Position numbers and translations under genes: made by a program. From Mytilus edulis (Eukaryota), in the NCBI RefSeq assembly GCF_963676685.1, contig NC_092349.1, positions 46,748,001 through 46,812,000 on the forward strand: DNA of 64,000 nt. Direction: 5' to 3'. This document shows, one piece after another, positions 12,494 to 24,887 of this stretch. The notes below the pieces were generated by a model. The model did no database searches, had not been told where the DNA came from, and was given only the letters and a program-made list of their open reading frames with translations. Every line of letters starts with the position of its first letter. Positions within the stretch are counted from its first letter, which is position 1.

Positions 12494-13293
12494 GTACTGA
12501 TTGTGATATCATTCAATTAGCTGCAGCATATGCCAACCAAAATTATAATCGGTATATGGTACCCAGTCAGCGTATCTCGCCATCTGCCTCTAAAGTAACT
12601 GGGTTTTCAAAAAGTGGTTTAATTTTGTATAAAAACGGGGAAATTATGCAGACAGACGAAGAAACTGAAATTTTAAAGCATTTTATTTCTTGGCTTCCGA
12701 AAAAATGCATTCTGATTGGTCACAATTCAAAAATTTTTGATTCCAGGATTCTGACTAAGGCTTTACAAAATAATAATATCATGAAAGATTTTGAATTAAA
12801 ATGCGTTGGATTTATTGACACTTTATCATTGACGAAAGAACTATTACCAGACAGAAAGACAAGTAAGCAGTCATACAAACAGGAATCACTCGTAAAAGAT
12901 ATTGTTGGAATAAGTTATGATGCACACAATGCCATTGGTGATGTGCAATCCCTGCAACAGCTGATCAACACGTTAAAAGTTTCTCCAAGAATGCTAGAAA
13001 AACACAGCTTCTCTGTTCGCTACACAGTAAACATGATCAGTAAGCTGCAGCTAACTAAATCTAGACTGGAGTCATTTAACAACATACCACCTACTTTTTG
13101 TTCAAAAACAATGCTGAACAAAATTGCCAAATCCGGTTTACGGTTAAACCATCTCATCCTTGCAGGAAATAGAGGAGGTGTTGATGGTATACGCGAATTG
13201 CTTACAGAACAGATCGACGGGAAGCCCCGAGTTACCAAAGACAAGAAGATACTGGACTCGATTTCAAAACATATTATGTCATTGCAAAGCTAG
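12494..13293 (+). CDS. Second exon: DEDDh 3'-5' exonuclease plus a PML-C-terminus-like helical domain
   Basis: Acceptor ttttttcag ends at 12493 (phase 1), giving DLETTGFG-TDCDIIQLAA. ExoII GHNSKIFD, ExoIII HNAIGD; C-terminal KIAKSGL...L...GG.DG...KPRVT. Confidence 0.85.
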
Positions 13294-13633
13294 AAAAAAA
13301 AACCATTGTCTGAACGTTTATATATTAATTTTGTTATTTTGTATTACACGTTTAGTTTCTAGACAAAACACATTACGATTTTATAATATTGGCATCAATT
13401 CACAATCATTGAACAAAACAAAAAATAGGAGAAAAGAGTAATGAAGATTTGCATCAAACTTTGATATATTGTGTAGGCTTTATCTATAAATTACGTGTAT
13501 CCCATTTGCTTTTATAATATTAAACACAGTCACCATCTAATTTCAGGATTGAAAAATAAATCAGTACTGTTGGACTCGAAGTATTTGTCTATTTTTTGTG
13601 TTGTGTTCATGTGCCATTTAAACATAATTATCA

Positions 13634-13659
13634 ATATATATATATATATATATATATAT
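13634..13659. repeat. (TA)n microsatellite
   Basis: Direct reading. Confidence 0.85.
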
Positions 13660-15565
13660 GTATTATATGACCTACATCTACGTCGTACGACGATTCATCG
13701 GCACATTGATGACTCGATTAGGTAAAAGAAATGTTGTGTTTCTCAGTACAGTTTGACTTTTTCTACAGTTTTTCTGCGGCATTGTGAATTTGTTTTCATC
13801 CTTGGTACATTCCGTTTCCCTTACTGATTGCGCAGCAGCAAATATTTCATGTATTTTCGGGTCGAAAATGTATTCAATGAATGTATATCGTCATTCTGTG
13901 AATTTCAATGATAGTTTCCGTTTACTTTGTTTAAACTTTTACAGACTCTAAACTACAAGTCCATTGTTTAAAGATTTCCTTTTTATCATTAAATCAGTGC
14001 CTTAATTGTTGTTCATTGACATAAACCCCACACTGATAGAAGAATCAAGTTATACATGACTAGGGTCTCATATACTCCGTAAACAAACGAATATCCGTAA
14101 TAACTAGTGATACTTTTTCAGACAGGATAATTATTTCATAAGCGCTATAGCGCATAATTAGTTTAAAAACACATTATAATCAAAGAGACGCCTTGAGGTA
14201 GCGGTCGTTGTCTTTATTTGACAAGATTTTTATGTTGGTGACTATTCTGCTGATGGAGACTTGACGTTGCGTAATCCTCTTCGGCGACGTCATGCAATTT
14301 CTATCTTTTCCCGTCAGCAATGCCCTTTCAACGGCTGATATATAAAAAAGGAGTCCGGTAACCATAGGAAAATTATATATCAATAGAAAGGAAAAATCTA
14401 TCATAAAAACATTTAATTTTTATAGAAAAATCGTAGAAATGGTTTTAACTGCAGATTAAAATAAGCTGGAAATTTCATACTTTTTGCGTAAATTTGACGT
14501 TATGTCTATGTACTTCATGGTGTTTTTCTAACAATTTCAAATGACTGTAACTTTGAAAGTAGATCGGTTACCCACTCAAAATTTTCAATTTTTCTGTTTA
14601 TTTTTAAAAGTTCTACGTGAATACAATTTCTTAAAAAATTCGGTGGACAAGCCATTTACGTACCTGTTACCTTAAGTAAACTTATTAAAAGTTTAATAAT
14701 GTAATACTGTTTTAAATAAAGGCAACAGTAGTATACCACTTTTCAAAAGTTATAAATTCATTGAGCGATAACAAATCCGTATAACAAACTTAAACCGAGG
14801 GAAACACATCATTTATAAGAGGAAAACAACGAAACAATAGAAACACAGGAATGCAACTAAAACAAGTTAGATTATTGAATATTGTCTCCTTCGGTATATC
14901 CATTGATTTGTATTGTGGTAATTTAAAACATTACTAAATAAGTGTGGCTGTAAGCACGTTTCAGTTATGAATATTTTTGATTTATGAACTGTCAATACTT
15001 ACATGTTGGCAACTGCACGAGGGCATGCTTTTTCTCAGATTTTGAAATCAAGTACAAACTACATTAACGATATTTTGCAGAATTTTAACTGACTTTTTGG
15101 AGAAAATACTCATACATATAATTTGATTGCTTTTATTCTTGTATATATGATGAATTAAAATCAAATACAAATCATAATAGATGTCCTCCTTCCTTGTGTT
15201 TAATCTTATCGCTGTTGTCTATACACATTGCCACAAGGATGATATGGATCAAACGAATAAGACCATCCCGAAATGGAGATTAACATCGGCCTACATCGAT
15301 TCATCACTCGGGTTAGTAAAGTTTACCGTTTGAAACAACCCAAATTATAATGGAATCAACTCCGAGAAGAAAATGGTTATTTGGACTGGTTTCATAGCTA
15401 GCTAAACCTCTCACTTGTATGACAGTGGCATACGTTCCATTATATTAAAAATTATGTGTGAACAAAGCAAACAGAAACCATGGGTAAAAAGGTAAAAAAT
15501 AAGGGTACATCAGTCAATATTGTGTAACAATTTATCAAAACAAATTATAAAAAAATGATATCATA

Positions 15566-15779
15566 TACTCTAGATTCATTTATTTTCATGGGTACCAATT
15601 TTCGTGTGGATTGATGAAAACTTGCATGTTCGTGCATATCTAAATTAGCTGATTTGGCAAATTTTGCATACATTCCTTTAGGAAATGTGTATTTTGTTGG
15701 ACATTAAAATTCGTAGTACACCTGTACCCACGAAATCCACGAAAATTGGTATCCAACGAATAATAATGAATCCACAGTA
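15566..15779. mobile_element. About 210-bp TA-flanked MITE
   Basis: Imperfect TIRs TACTCTAGATTCATT/AATGAATCCACAGTA. A second, inverted copy lies at 34529-34727. Confidence 0.7.
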
Positions 15780-16804
15780 CAAAGCACATATCGAAACCTG
15801 GAAGACTAGAATGATGGATTTCATAATTACCGAGCCACGCCTAAAAATTTACAAAAAAATGGATTAAACAGTAAAGGTTGACAACTTACAATAAACAATA
15901 AAAGAAAAATATAACACGTTATCAAAATGAAAAACAACGTCAGTACCTAGAATCATTATCATGTTTTGTTGAGGTTGATACGGAATATTTATCAACAAGG
16001 TCTTGGTATCTTCCTATGAACCTTTTTATAAAATGGACTCTGTCCAATTGCATCGTTGTCTCCTGGAACACGAATTTCGACCAGACCGTTGTACTTACCT
16101 ATCGAAGATACCAATAATAATATACAATTTATAAAGAAATTGTTATGATATACGGATGGTACCGGGATATCCAGTAACCAGAAACAGACTTTAAAAAATA
16201 TTTCAAATTTTACTTTGATTACTTCAAATGTTACTCTTAATGGATGTTTAATATTCCAACATTTATTTTCATTTTGTCATTTGTGATCATATAAAACCGT
16301 TACTCTATAATTCCTATCTCGGAATCTTTATTTATCAAATGGGGACAGTTTTTAGCGATTATATAGTCAAGGTATGTTTAATATGAGTATCGTAATGTAA
16401 GAATATTACTTTGATTACAACATGTACAAAACCTGCAGAGAACAATCATTTAAAAACATTACGAAAACATCATTTGAAACTACTTTAGGCGGTTTTGTGC
16501 TTTAAATGATGAAACAATGATTTATTTTCTATAAATTTCAACAGACTTAAAGGCATACCTGATATAGATGTCTATTTCTCATGAGAACGTGGTTAGAATA
16601 TACAATAGTACACATCAAACAGAGTAATTAACAAAAGTATCTATCTAGATTGAAATTCCTCAGGCAACAGTGTTAACTGCCAGATTTCATTTTCTTTTTG
16701 ATAAAAATTAATTATTCCTAGTGGGTATTGTTTATGCATGAAAAAAAAATTTACGAAATGATTTTCATGCTTTCAACATTATTGTTAAAATTTTGCAAGT
16801 GAAA

Positions 16805-16853
16805 ATGATGATAACTGTGATATTTTGTGCTGTTTTCACTACAGTTAGTCTTG
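16805..16853 (+). CDS. Exon 1 (signal peptide) of a secreted FAMeT + PAN/apple-like protein
   Basis: MMITVIFCAVFTTVSLG then a phase-1 GTAAG donor, compatible with the exon at 17233. Confidence 0.7.
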
Positions 16854-17232
16854 GTAAGAAAACAATCGTAGACAAATTATTATGTCTTACTTGTTACATT
16901 TAAAAATGTAGATATAAAAATGTTATTAGTATTGTAGTTAAAGGAAGGTTTCAAATGTTCAGGTGCCTGTTCTAAGTTAGGAATCTCTTGATCGAGAGGT
17001 TATCACATCATAATAAATTTTTATTATTATAAGAATGTGAATGTAATGTTTCTATAGGTTTTTTCCACAACTTTTATTGTCGATAAATGTTTGTTAAAAA
17101 AGCAAAATTTAATACCGACATGTATGAAAATGTGCAGAAATATAGGTATATTTATTTTTAAGTTGATTATTTATACTGATGCAAACTGAGGAATTACTAT
17201 TATATTTTGATGTTTTAACTATTACATTGTAG

Positions 17233-17718
17233 GAAACCTTCTTGATCAAGTGTGGATAAAAACAAAGAACAGTGGTTTCGTCAATGCTTCTACACCAAAT
17301 GTGGATTACATCAGTCTCTCGTTCTTTCAGCTATACCCTGCTAACAACCATCATATGAAATTCTCCGTTAAAGCATGTAGTAATGCCTTTATCTTACTTT
17401 CAAGTGATATGTACTTACTTTATTCCTTCTTCGATTATAGAATAGTTATCGGGGCTGGTGATAATTCAAAAATAAATGTCCGTCGAAATTTTGATCTAAT
17501 TATTAGTAGTTTTGACATAAGTACACCTGGTATACTCAATTGCACAGAGCACAGATCGTTTGAACTCAATTGGGCAATTCCCGGACGAATAACTCTAATG
17601 TCCGGTACCAAGATGGTTATGAATTATATGGATCCATCTTCTACTCCTATCTCTATAAAAGACGTAGGGATCACGACTGGGTTGGGATCTGTAGGTCTGT
17701 GGAAAGTGGAACATACTT
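17233..17718 (+). CDS. Exon 2: farnesoic acid O-methyltransferase-like (Methyltransf_FA) domain
   Basis: Acceptor ttgtag ends at 17232; donor T|GTAAG at 17718/17719. Motifs FSVKACSNAFILLS, YRIVIGAGDNSK, TPGILNCTEHRSFELNW, VGITTGLGSVGLW. Confidence 0.85.
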
Positions 17719-19529
17719 GTAAGTTATATAGTTTTTTGTTTTAAGATCAAAAGCACACAAAATACGTGTTAGCTGACTCTGCAGTATTATTTGTGCTCAT
17801 TGTTTAAGGTCATACGGCGCACGATTGTTGTAAGTTTTCCTGTTATTCGGTCTTATGTGAAGAGTTGTCTCCGTGGTAATCATACTGCATCTTCTTGTTT
17901 TTATATTTGATTGAATGATGCAACTGTTTTGAAAAAGTTCAAATGTCAGGTTTTTTCTTCTCTAGAAACAAACGAAATGCTAATTCTTTTTAGAGAATAT
18001 TGTAAAGTATGCTATTAATTTGGTATTTTAATTAACTATGCAGGATATTTTACAAATTTATTATTAGTTTACTAGTTATGAATATAAAATGTACATAAGA
18101 GAAATGTGTAATTATTAATATACTAGCACAACCATGAACTAAAATTTCGTGTTCATTTCCGAATCAATTTATTGAGAAAATTTGCTAAATTTAATTATTG
18201 AACTTCTTTAGCATGTTTAGAGCCTGCTCATGTTTTTTGAAGTGAGAAACACATTTTCTTTAAACGAAAAAAACAAACAAAACATGTATGTATCAAGAGA
18301 TAATTGCGGAAAAAGCTATTTTCCCTTCCTATATTGATTACAAATCATGGAAATGGCAACACATATCAAACATCCCAACACTTAAATTCTATAAGAAAAA
18401 TTGAAATCTTAATAATATTATTTTTATTGTTTGAGTTGTGCATCATACAATATAATGGTCAACTGCTTGATTCTCCAACGATCCCAGTTTTGCAGCGATA
18501 AGCTGAGCCAGCTCAAAACTGGAGGATCACGTGCTCGAATCTTACAATCTGATGGTGACACAATTATTTCTAATACTATATGAAACTTAACTTTAAATTT
18601 CCATAAATATGTTTTTTTCTTCAAAGCTATAGTTTTCTTTGAAAGGCTGAATTGTTTTTACTGTATACATGTGACTTGTAATTCTATCATTCTAATGAAT
18701 ATATTGATTTAGACAGAAACTCTTGTCTGTTATAATGTTTGGACAAAAACTTCTGAAATTTGATATTTAGAATACTAGTGTTATGAGCATACACATGTCG
18801 AGGTACATAAATAAAGGCAACAGTAGTATACCAATGTTCAAACTCATAAATCCATGGACAAAAATCAAAATCGGGGTAACAAACTAAAACTGAGGGAAAC
18901 GCATTAAATATAAGAGGAGAACAACGACACAACACTACAATGTAACACACACAGAAACGAACCAAGCAACAGACACAATCCCACGAGAATAACAAATATA
19001 ACATCAAAACCAAATACATAACACGTACTTTCTGTTCCTTACCCATTTGAAAACTAGCCTTTTAATAACAAACCTAGACCATTACTTTTTTCACTACAAA
19101 ACTGTTATCGAAACAATATGTTTATACCTAGTACACGACTTTTTTTTCACATTTTGCGGCACTTTTTCCAACAAGGCATTTGTATAATTCGGTTCGAGTT
19201 CTCTATATAATTGAATTTGGATAGTGTCTTTTCAATAAGTTGAGGTATAAAATACCTAAAAGGACAGGAGTTAATCCTTATTTTGAAAATTTACACAAAC
19301 AGATTTAAACAAACTGGAGCTTGGGTTAAAACTGAAGTCACAAACTGAGAATTACAAGTTTAAGATTGAGATTTTATATTTTATTAAGGTTTTTACAAAC
19401 GTTTACCCTGATATTTTATGCCGGAAAAAACATCAATGTATAAATCCAATATATATACCAATATTTAAAGAACAAACATTTGAAAACTCAAGATAAGCTA
19501 AAAGCTTAAAAAAGCAGATAAAGCTGGCA

Positions 19530-19795
19530 TGAAAATACGGATTTTTTTTGTGTTATTAAAATTTACTGTTACAAAATGATAGAAATTATTATAAATTAAG
19601 GAATGTATCTCCCTCATGCAAAGCTCTGATTCCTTACACGGATTTGGCTATACTTTTTGGACCTTTTGGATTATAGCTCTGCATCTTTTATGTAAGCTTT
19701 GGATTTCAAATATTTTGGCCACGAGCATCACTGAAGAGACATGTATTGTCGAAATGCGCATCTGGTGCAAGAAAATTGATACCGTTAATTTTATT
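19530..19795 (+). mobile_element. Dispersed retrozyme-like monomer in intron 2
   Basis: Colinear similarity to the 350-bp array unit (CTCCCTCA.GCAAAG, ATTTGGCTA, GGATTTCAAAT) ending in a hammerhead. Confidence 0.75.
19725..19768 (+). ncRNA. Type I hammerhead ribozyme, intact core
   Basis: Stem I GCATCA/TGGTGC; CTGAAGA; stem II GACA/TGTC; GAAA; palindromic stem III ATGCGCAT; predicted cleavage after C19762. Confidence 0.85.
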
Positions 19796-19823
19796 ACTAA
19801 GATAGTCAACCTGTCTTTTTCAG

Positions 19824-20137
19824 CTAGGTTTACTGGCTTTTACTGTGGTGAATCAGGAGCGTATGGTAATATGACTTTATTATCTACCTCAAAGAAACAC
19901 AGCAGGATTGACTGTGTATCTGTATGTTCAGTTAGAGATGACTGTCTTGGAGTCAATTTCAATCGCAAAACAGAAGAATGTCAGATGATTGCTGGAGGTC
20001 AACAGGTTATCAAGATTGTTGTTCAAAAATCACCATGGTATTTGTACACAAAATGCTTACAAGATAAAACGATGTGCGTATCATGTATTGTTTGGGATTC
20101 TAGACCACCCGATAATACAGGTATCTTGATTACTTAG
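19824..20137 (+). CDS. Exon 3: Cys-rich PAN/apple-like domain (joined protein 282 aa)
   Basis: Acceptor ctttttcag ends at 19823, phase 1. Pattern CVSVCSVRDDCLGVNFN...ECQM. Exon lengths 49+486+314 = 849 nt, in frame. Confidence 0.8.
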
Positions 20138-22878
20138 TACAATACCAGACCAACACAGTCAGTGACTGTGAGCATTCGTTGAAGTGAACTTATCAGTAAC
20201 CTTTACTTGTATTTGTGTCTAATCTTCGTAATTACAATTTGTGTGCTTCTTTTGAACGAAATATGTAATACTAGTAAAGCTCTTCTTTATATATCTTTTT
20301 ATTTTCTTCTATGCTGGTTGAAATGAAAACAAGATGTCGAGTACTATAAAAACAGCCTACTTTAATCTGACTAAAGGTGACTTAAACCACATCATTGCCT
20401 GTTTTACATTTCATTATCATCATATTTGATACAACATTGCTACTACGCTATATGTAAAGAATCATGTTTAAGATATCACGCATACACCAAATATGTTGGT
20501 TTTGTCAAACACGTCTTTAACAATGAAAGTTCAACCTAATAATGCGTTATTTTCTGTTTTGATTACGACAACCACGACGACGATAATGTTGCTGATGAAG
20601 ATGATTATAATGACAACTTTTTAAATTCATAGTCAGGACGAGCACGTGTTAAAATATATTGATATCAGCCGTTTTGTACTTAACCCACATATTGAGGCGG
20701 ATTTTTAGTCTGCTATTTCACAACGTAAGGTTCATCATAACCTTTTTGCTAATATGGCCGTATTAACACCACAAATTTTACTCTGAGTACAGACAAATCT
20801 ATGCACATGCAAGTGTTTTTAATGGATGACAGGAACTAGATATATAAATTTTATATGCATTTTATGTTTTATAAAAAATATAAACTTTACTAGATTTTGC
20901 TACTAAGGTTTTTTTTTCGTTCAACTAAGTTTGGAAAGAGGTTTGAGAATCTCCCCTCATATAATACATGTTGTGATTAGTATTGATTTAAATGGACAAT
21001 AGATGGACAACAGACATCTGCAGACAATATATAGGTGATTTGAACTGTTTAACTGAGTGGATCGTATCAAATGAAACTCAGGTGTTTGTTTATTTTGCTA
21101 TCTTCTGCAGACTGGAAAACATTTCAAAAAGTTGTGCTAAATACGCCTCAGGTAATCTATTCCTGGGAATAGAAAATACTTAGTATTTTCAAACAAATCG
21201 AAGTTTTGTAACAGGAAATTTATAAAAATTACCATATAATTGATACTCATGTCAACACCGAAGTGCTGACAACTGGGCTGGTGATACATATAACTTTTAT
21301 ATATCTAGTATCTGCCATGCCTTAATATATCCTAGATATATCAGTTTGTCTGTACTCATAGTAAATTTTAAGGTGTAAACACGGCCATATTTTTTAATTC
21401 CTTATGATGAACCTTAAGTAAAACATGATGATACTACTCTACACGGGGCTGACCATTTTGTGCTCATATTCCTAAATAACACGGGCCTAACAGTGAGGCA
21501 CCCAATTAAAAATGTTTAAGTCTTTGGTTTTACTCTGCCTTGTGTAGAAGCCACGACCATCCGTACAGCAGCCGATCATGCTACTTCGAGATAATCGATG
21601 TAGTTTTTGTTGAAGTGCATACAGAAATAAGCAAATGTTTTGGAGTCTATTTTTAACCAACATGTCAGTGCCAAGTTTCTGTATTTCTAGAATGAGGATT
21701 TTCTTTAAAGTTTTACAATTGATTTTTGTTTGATTAACTTTCGGCGGCCAATATTTCATACACGTTCAGAATGAGAAAAAAAAAATAACAATTACACAAG
21801 AGGTCAGTTCTGTAAAGCGGTTCGGCTAAAATGAAAATTGGGGAATTTTTATGCCTCTAGAAAAATAGGATATTTAGTCTTCGATGCATGATTGTTTTTT
21901 ATTAGTTGTAAGTGGCTTTGAACAAGCTGCCAGTTAACTGCGAGTACTCTCAGATCTGTTCCTAGTGTCTTTTGTTGTTGGAATGTACAAGTACCCGGCC
22001 ACGTCTACTTTTATTTTTGTCCATCTGATGGGTTAATAGATATAGGAAGATGTGGTGTGAGTGCCAAGCCTTTTTCAACTGATTTTTATAGTTCGTCACA
22101 TGTTTAACCCCGTCACATTATGTAAGTATGTGCCTGTCCAAAGTCAGGTGCCTGTAACTCAATGGTTGTCGTTTGTTTACGTGTTACCTTTTTAGTTTTT
22201 GTACATTTCTTATATAAATAAGGCCGTTAGTTTCTAGTTTCAATTGTTTTACATTGTCATTTCGGGGCCTTTTATGGCGGACTATGCGGTATGGGCTTTG
22301 CTCATTGTTGAAGACCGTACGTTTACCTTTATTTGTTAATGTCTGTGTCATTTTGGTCTCTTGTGGATAGTTGTCTCATTGACAGTCATACCACATCTTC
22401 TTTTTTATATGTATGATAGGGACAGAACCTTATTAAACTATGACAGCACCTATAATTCGAGTTAATGGGTACAAAGCGAAAAACTAAAACAAATGACCGG
22501 TATCCTTTTCTAAGATTTCGTAACACTAACAACACGAAAAAGCAGGAATGAATAATGTGCCCTGGAGAGTTTGGCGTACATAAGTTGTTTTAACAATATT
22601 AAACATGTCATGTAAATCCTTATGCACAATAGAAAATGAAACCTTTCACCAAAACGTACAATATGCGTTAAATTCAAGATGAACTTATTTCAGAAATACA
22701 TAACGGCGAAAAAACTTTTCATTTTGTACGCCTGCCGTGTGTTTCATAAGACATAGATTCATTTGATACTTCATGGTTAAACAAAATTAGTATATGTTGT
22801 TTAAACTAGCATACAGTTTCCATATAAAAACAAGTGTATGTGGAATTTCTTGTGAAAGAAAAACCTCTACCCTATTAA

Positions 22879-23426
22879 GGTAGATCATAAGTAAATGTTT
22901 TTTGAGACAGAATTTTCTTATAATTTGACAAAATGAAGATTTTTCTATGCTTTTTTCAAAACTATAATAAAAAGTATGGGTCACCGTGCTATTTTTCAAG
23001 CTATGAGTCGTTGAAAATTGCCTAAATTTGGTTAGTTTGTTCATGAAAAACACATAACAGTGCATAAACAAAATTCTATGAGATAGAATTTTGAAATAAA
23101 TTGTGAGAAGATAGGTTTTTTTGTTTTCTTGCCACAAGTAAAAATAAAAAATTTCCCTATTAGCCCAGTAAACATTTTGTGCTAAAAGAGTTATCTCCCC
23201 TTAAATGGCTCATTTGAAAAAAAAATGATTTAAAAAACCAAAAAGGTTGATATTTGTTAAAATATTTTGAATAATACAATAAATTAGCAAGTTTTCTTTA
23301 TATAAATTAACAGTCTAACCATTAAATTGCAAATCTGATTTCAAATTTGCTGATTTGGGCAAATAACTAGACCGATTTTGTACTGTGATTGTACAATCCA
23401 AGATGGCGGTATACCATGATTCTACC
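22879..23426. mobile_element. TTAA-flanked MITE, Kolobok-like ends
   Basis: TTAA|GGTAGATCAT...ATGATTCTACC|TTAA (TIR with one gap). Confidence 0.75.
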
Positions 23427-23716
23427 TTAAAGTCTTCAGAAATGTACTGCTGTTGAACTAATGTCTTCCTGTACCTACTCTAATGTGTCGATATTCCTCC
23501 GCATGCAGTAAGTTTACCCCTATAATTATCGTTGCAAATACGACTACAACACAGCGCAAGAATGAAAACTCGTAATGAAAGAATGGAAAAACACACACTC
23601 GAAGGTAAATAGTAACGATTGATTCATAAAAAACAAATTTAAAACACAAAAATAAGAAAGATTAAAAAACTAAAAACTAAAGATTTGACATGTTGAATCA
23701 GATAATAGAATATGAA

Positions 23717-24028
23717 ATAGTTATCAAAAGTACCAGGATTATAATTTAGTACGCCAGACGCGCGTTTCGTCTACATAAGACTCATCAGTGACGCTCATAT
23801 CAAAATAGTTATAAAGCCAAACAATACAAAGTTGAAGAGCATAGAGGATCCAAAATTCTAAAACGTTGTGCTAAATACGGCTAAGGTAATCTATTTCTGG
23901 GACAAGAAAATCCTTAGTTTTTCGAAAAATTCAAAGTTTTGTATCAGGAAATTTATAGAAATGATCACATTATTGATATTCATGTCAACACCGAAGTTCT
24001 GACTACTGGGCTGGTGATACCCTCGGGA
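23717..24028 (-). mobile_element. Dispersed retrozyme-like monomer
   Basis: Reverse complement is homologous to the array unit (CCCGAGGGTATCACCAGCCCAGTAGTC...GAGCGTCACTGATGA). Partial copies near 7900-8120, 9960-10075, 21120-21290, 54110-54210, 57405-57680 and 59770-59842. Confidence 0.8.
23751..23794 (-). ncRNA. Type I hammerhead ribozyme, intact core
   Basis: Minus strand reads GCGTCA CTGATGA GTCT-TATGT-AGAC GAAA CGCGCG TC TGGCGT; palindromic stem III ACGCGCGT. Confidence 0.87.
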
Positions 24029-24285
24029 AAACCATGCTTTACTTTGCTGTCACGTTTGGCCAAATCTGACGCCCGTTGTTATGAAACACGGCCTGAACCA
24101 GATAATATATTTTATACTGCAATCAGCTATTTTACTATACAGATAAACCTATACGTATAAACGTTAGTGACCTCAACTAACCTATTAACCCCGTCTACTT
24201 ACCGGAACTACTGTATTTCATCAACAATTTCACGTCACAACCATGACAACGTTTAGCAACAATTGTTAAACTTTTATTCATTTAA

Positions 24286-24887
24286 GGGCATACGATACAG
24301 TTACAGGGGAGGTAATGACGTTGCTAACGTAAAATGTTATTTTTGCGACGTCAAACTATGACATATCGGGAAAAGATGCATTTTTCGACTGATTTTTAAT
24401 CATTCAAAGTGATTTAATTTGAAAACAAGTGCATGGACCCCTTTTTTTTAAAACGACATTTTGTTTCATTTTGCAGGGAGATTATGTGGATCAAATTTTA
24501 TAAAACTGTAAATAGTGCAATTTTTTTAATTTTGATAAATATGCAGCAAGAAATTACGTTTTTTCTCAATTCATGACCATTCGATAAATATGAGTTATTT
24601 CTGAATAAAAGATATATAAATTTTTAGGATACTTAAAAAAGTCAAAAATTACAAATTATTTAACAAAAAACAATTTGTGTTTATCTTTTAATAGAAAAAA
24701 GTTATGGCTTTCTTTCGAAAGGGAAAATACGGCCACAAATCCGAATTGTGAGCAAATATACAAAATTTCGACCTCATTTAACTCAAAACGCAGCACATTA
24801 AAGTATATTTTTTATTACATATTTGATAGCCTATATGCAAATTTTCATCAAACTGTAAATACGGGATCAAAACTGTATCGTATGCCC
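24286..24887. mobile_element. TTAA-flanked MITE, Kolobok-like ends
   Basis: Perfect 17-bp TIR GGGCATACGATACAGTT/AACTGTATCGTATGCCC; TTAA on both sides. Confidence 0.9.

Larger units (their letters stand above)
10123..14671 (+). mobile_element. DNA transposon (Kolobok/Mutator-like DDE group) encoding a transposase-exonuclease fusion; probably internally deleted
   Basis: Contains the two coding exons below. Right end ...GTACCTGTTACC|TTAA. Tentative left end GGTAAGATTCAC matches the right end at 8/12 positions but is preceded by ACAA, not TTAA. Boundaries uncertain. Confidence 0.5.

Noticed and set aside
10782-13293. Viral or bacterial origin (DNA polymerase III epsilon-like contamination)
   Set aside because: Has a spliceosomal GT-AG intron, host-like base composition and an in-frame transposase.
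19616-19823. Hydrophobic N-terminus of the 173-aa ORF as a signal peptide
   Set aside because: It is retrozyme repeat sequence inside intron 2; similarity to the paralogue starts only at the acceptor (19824).
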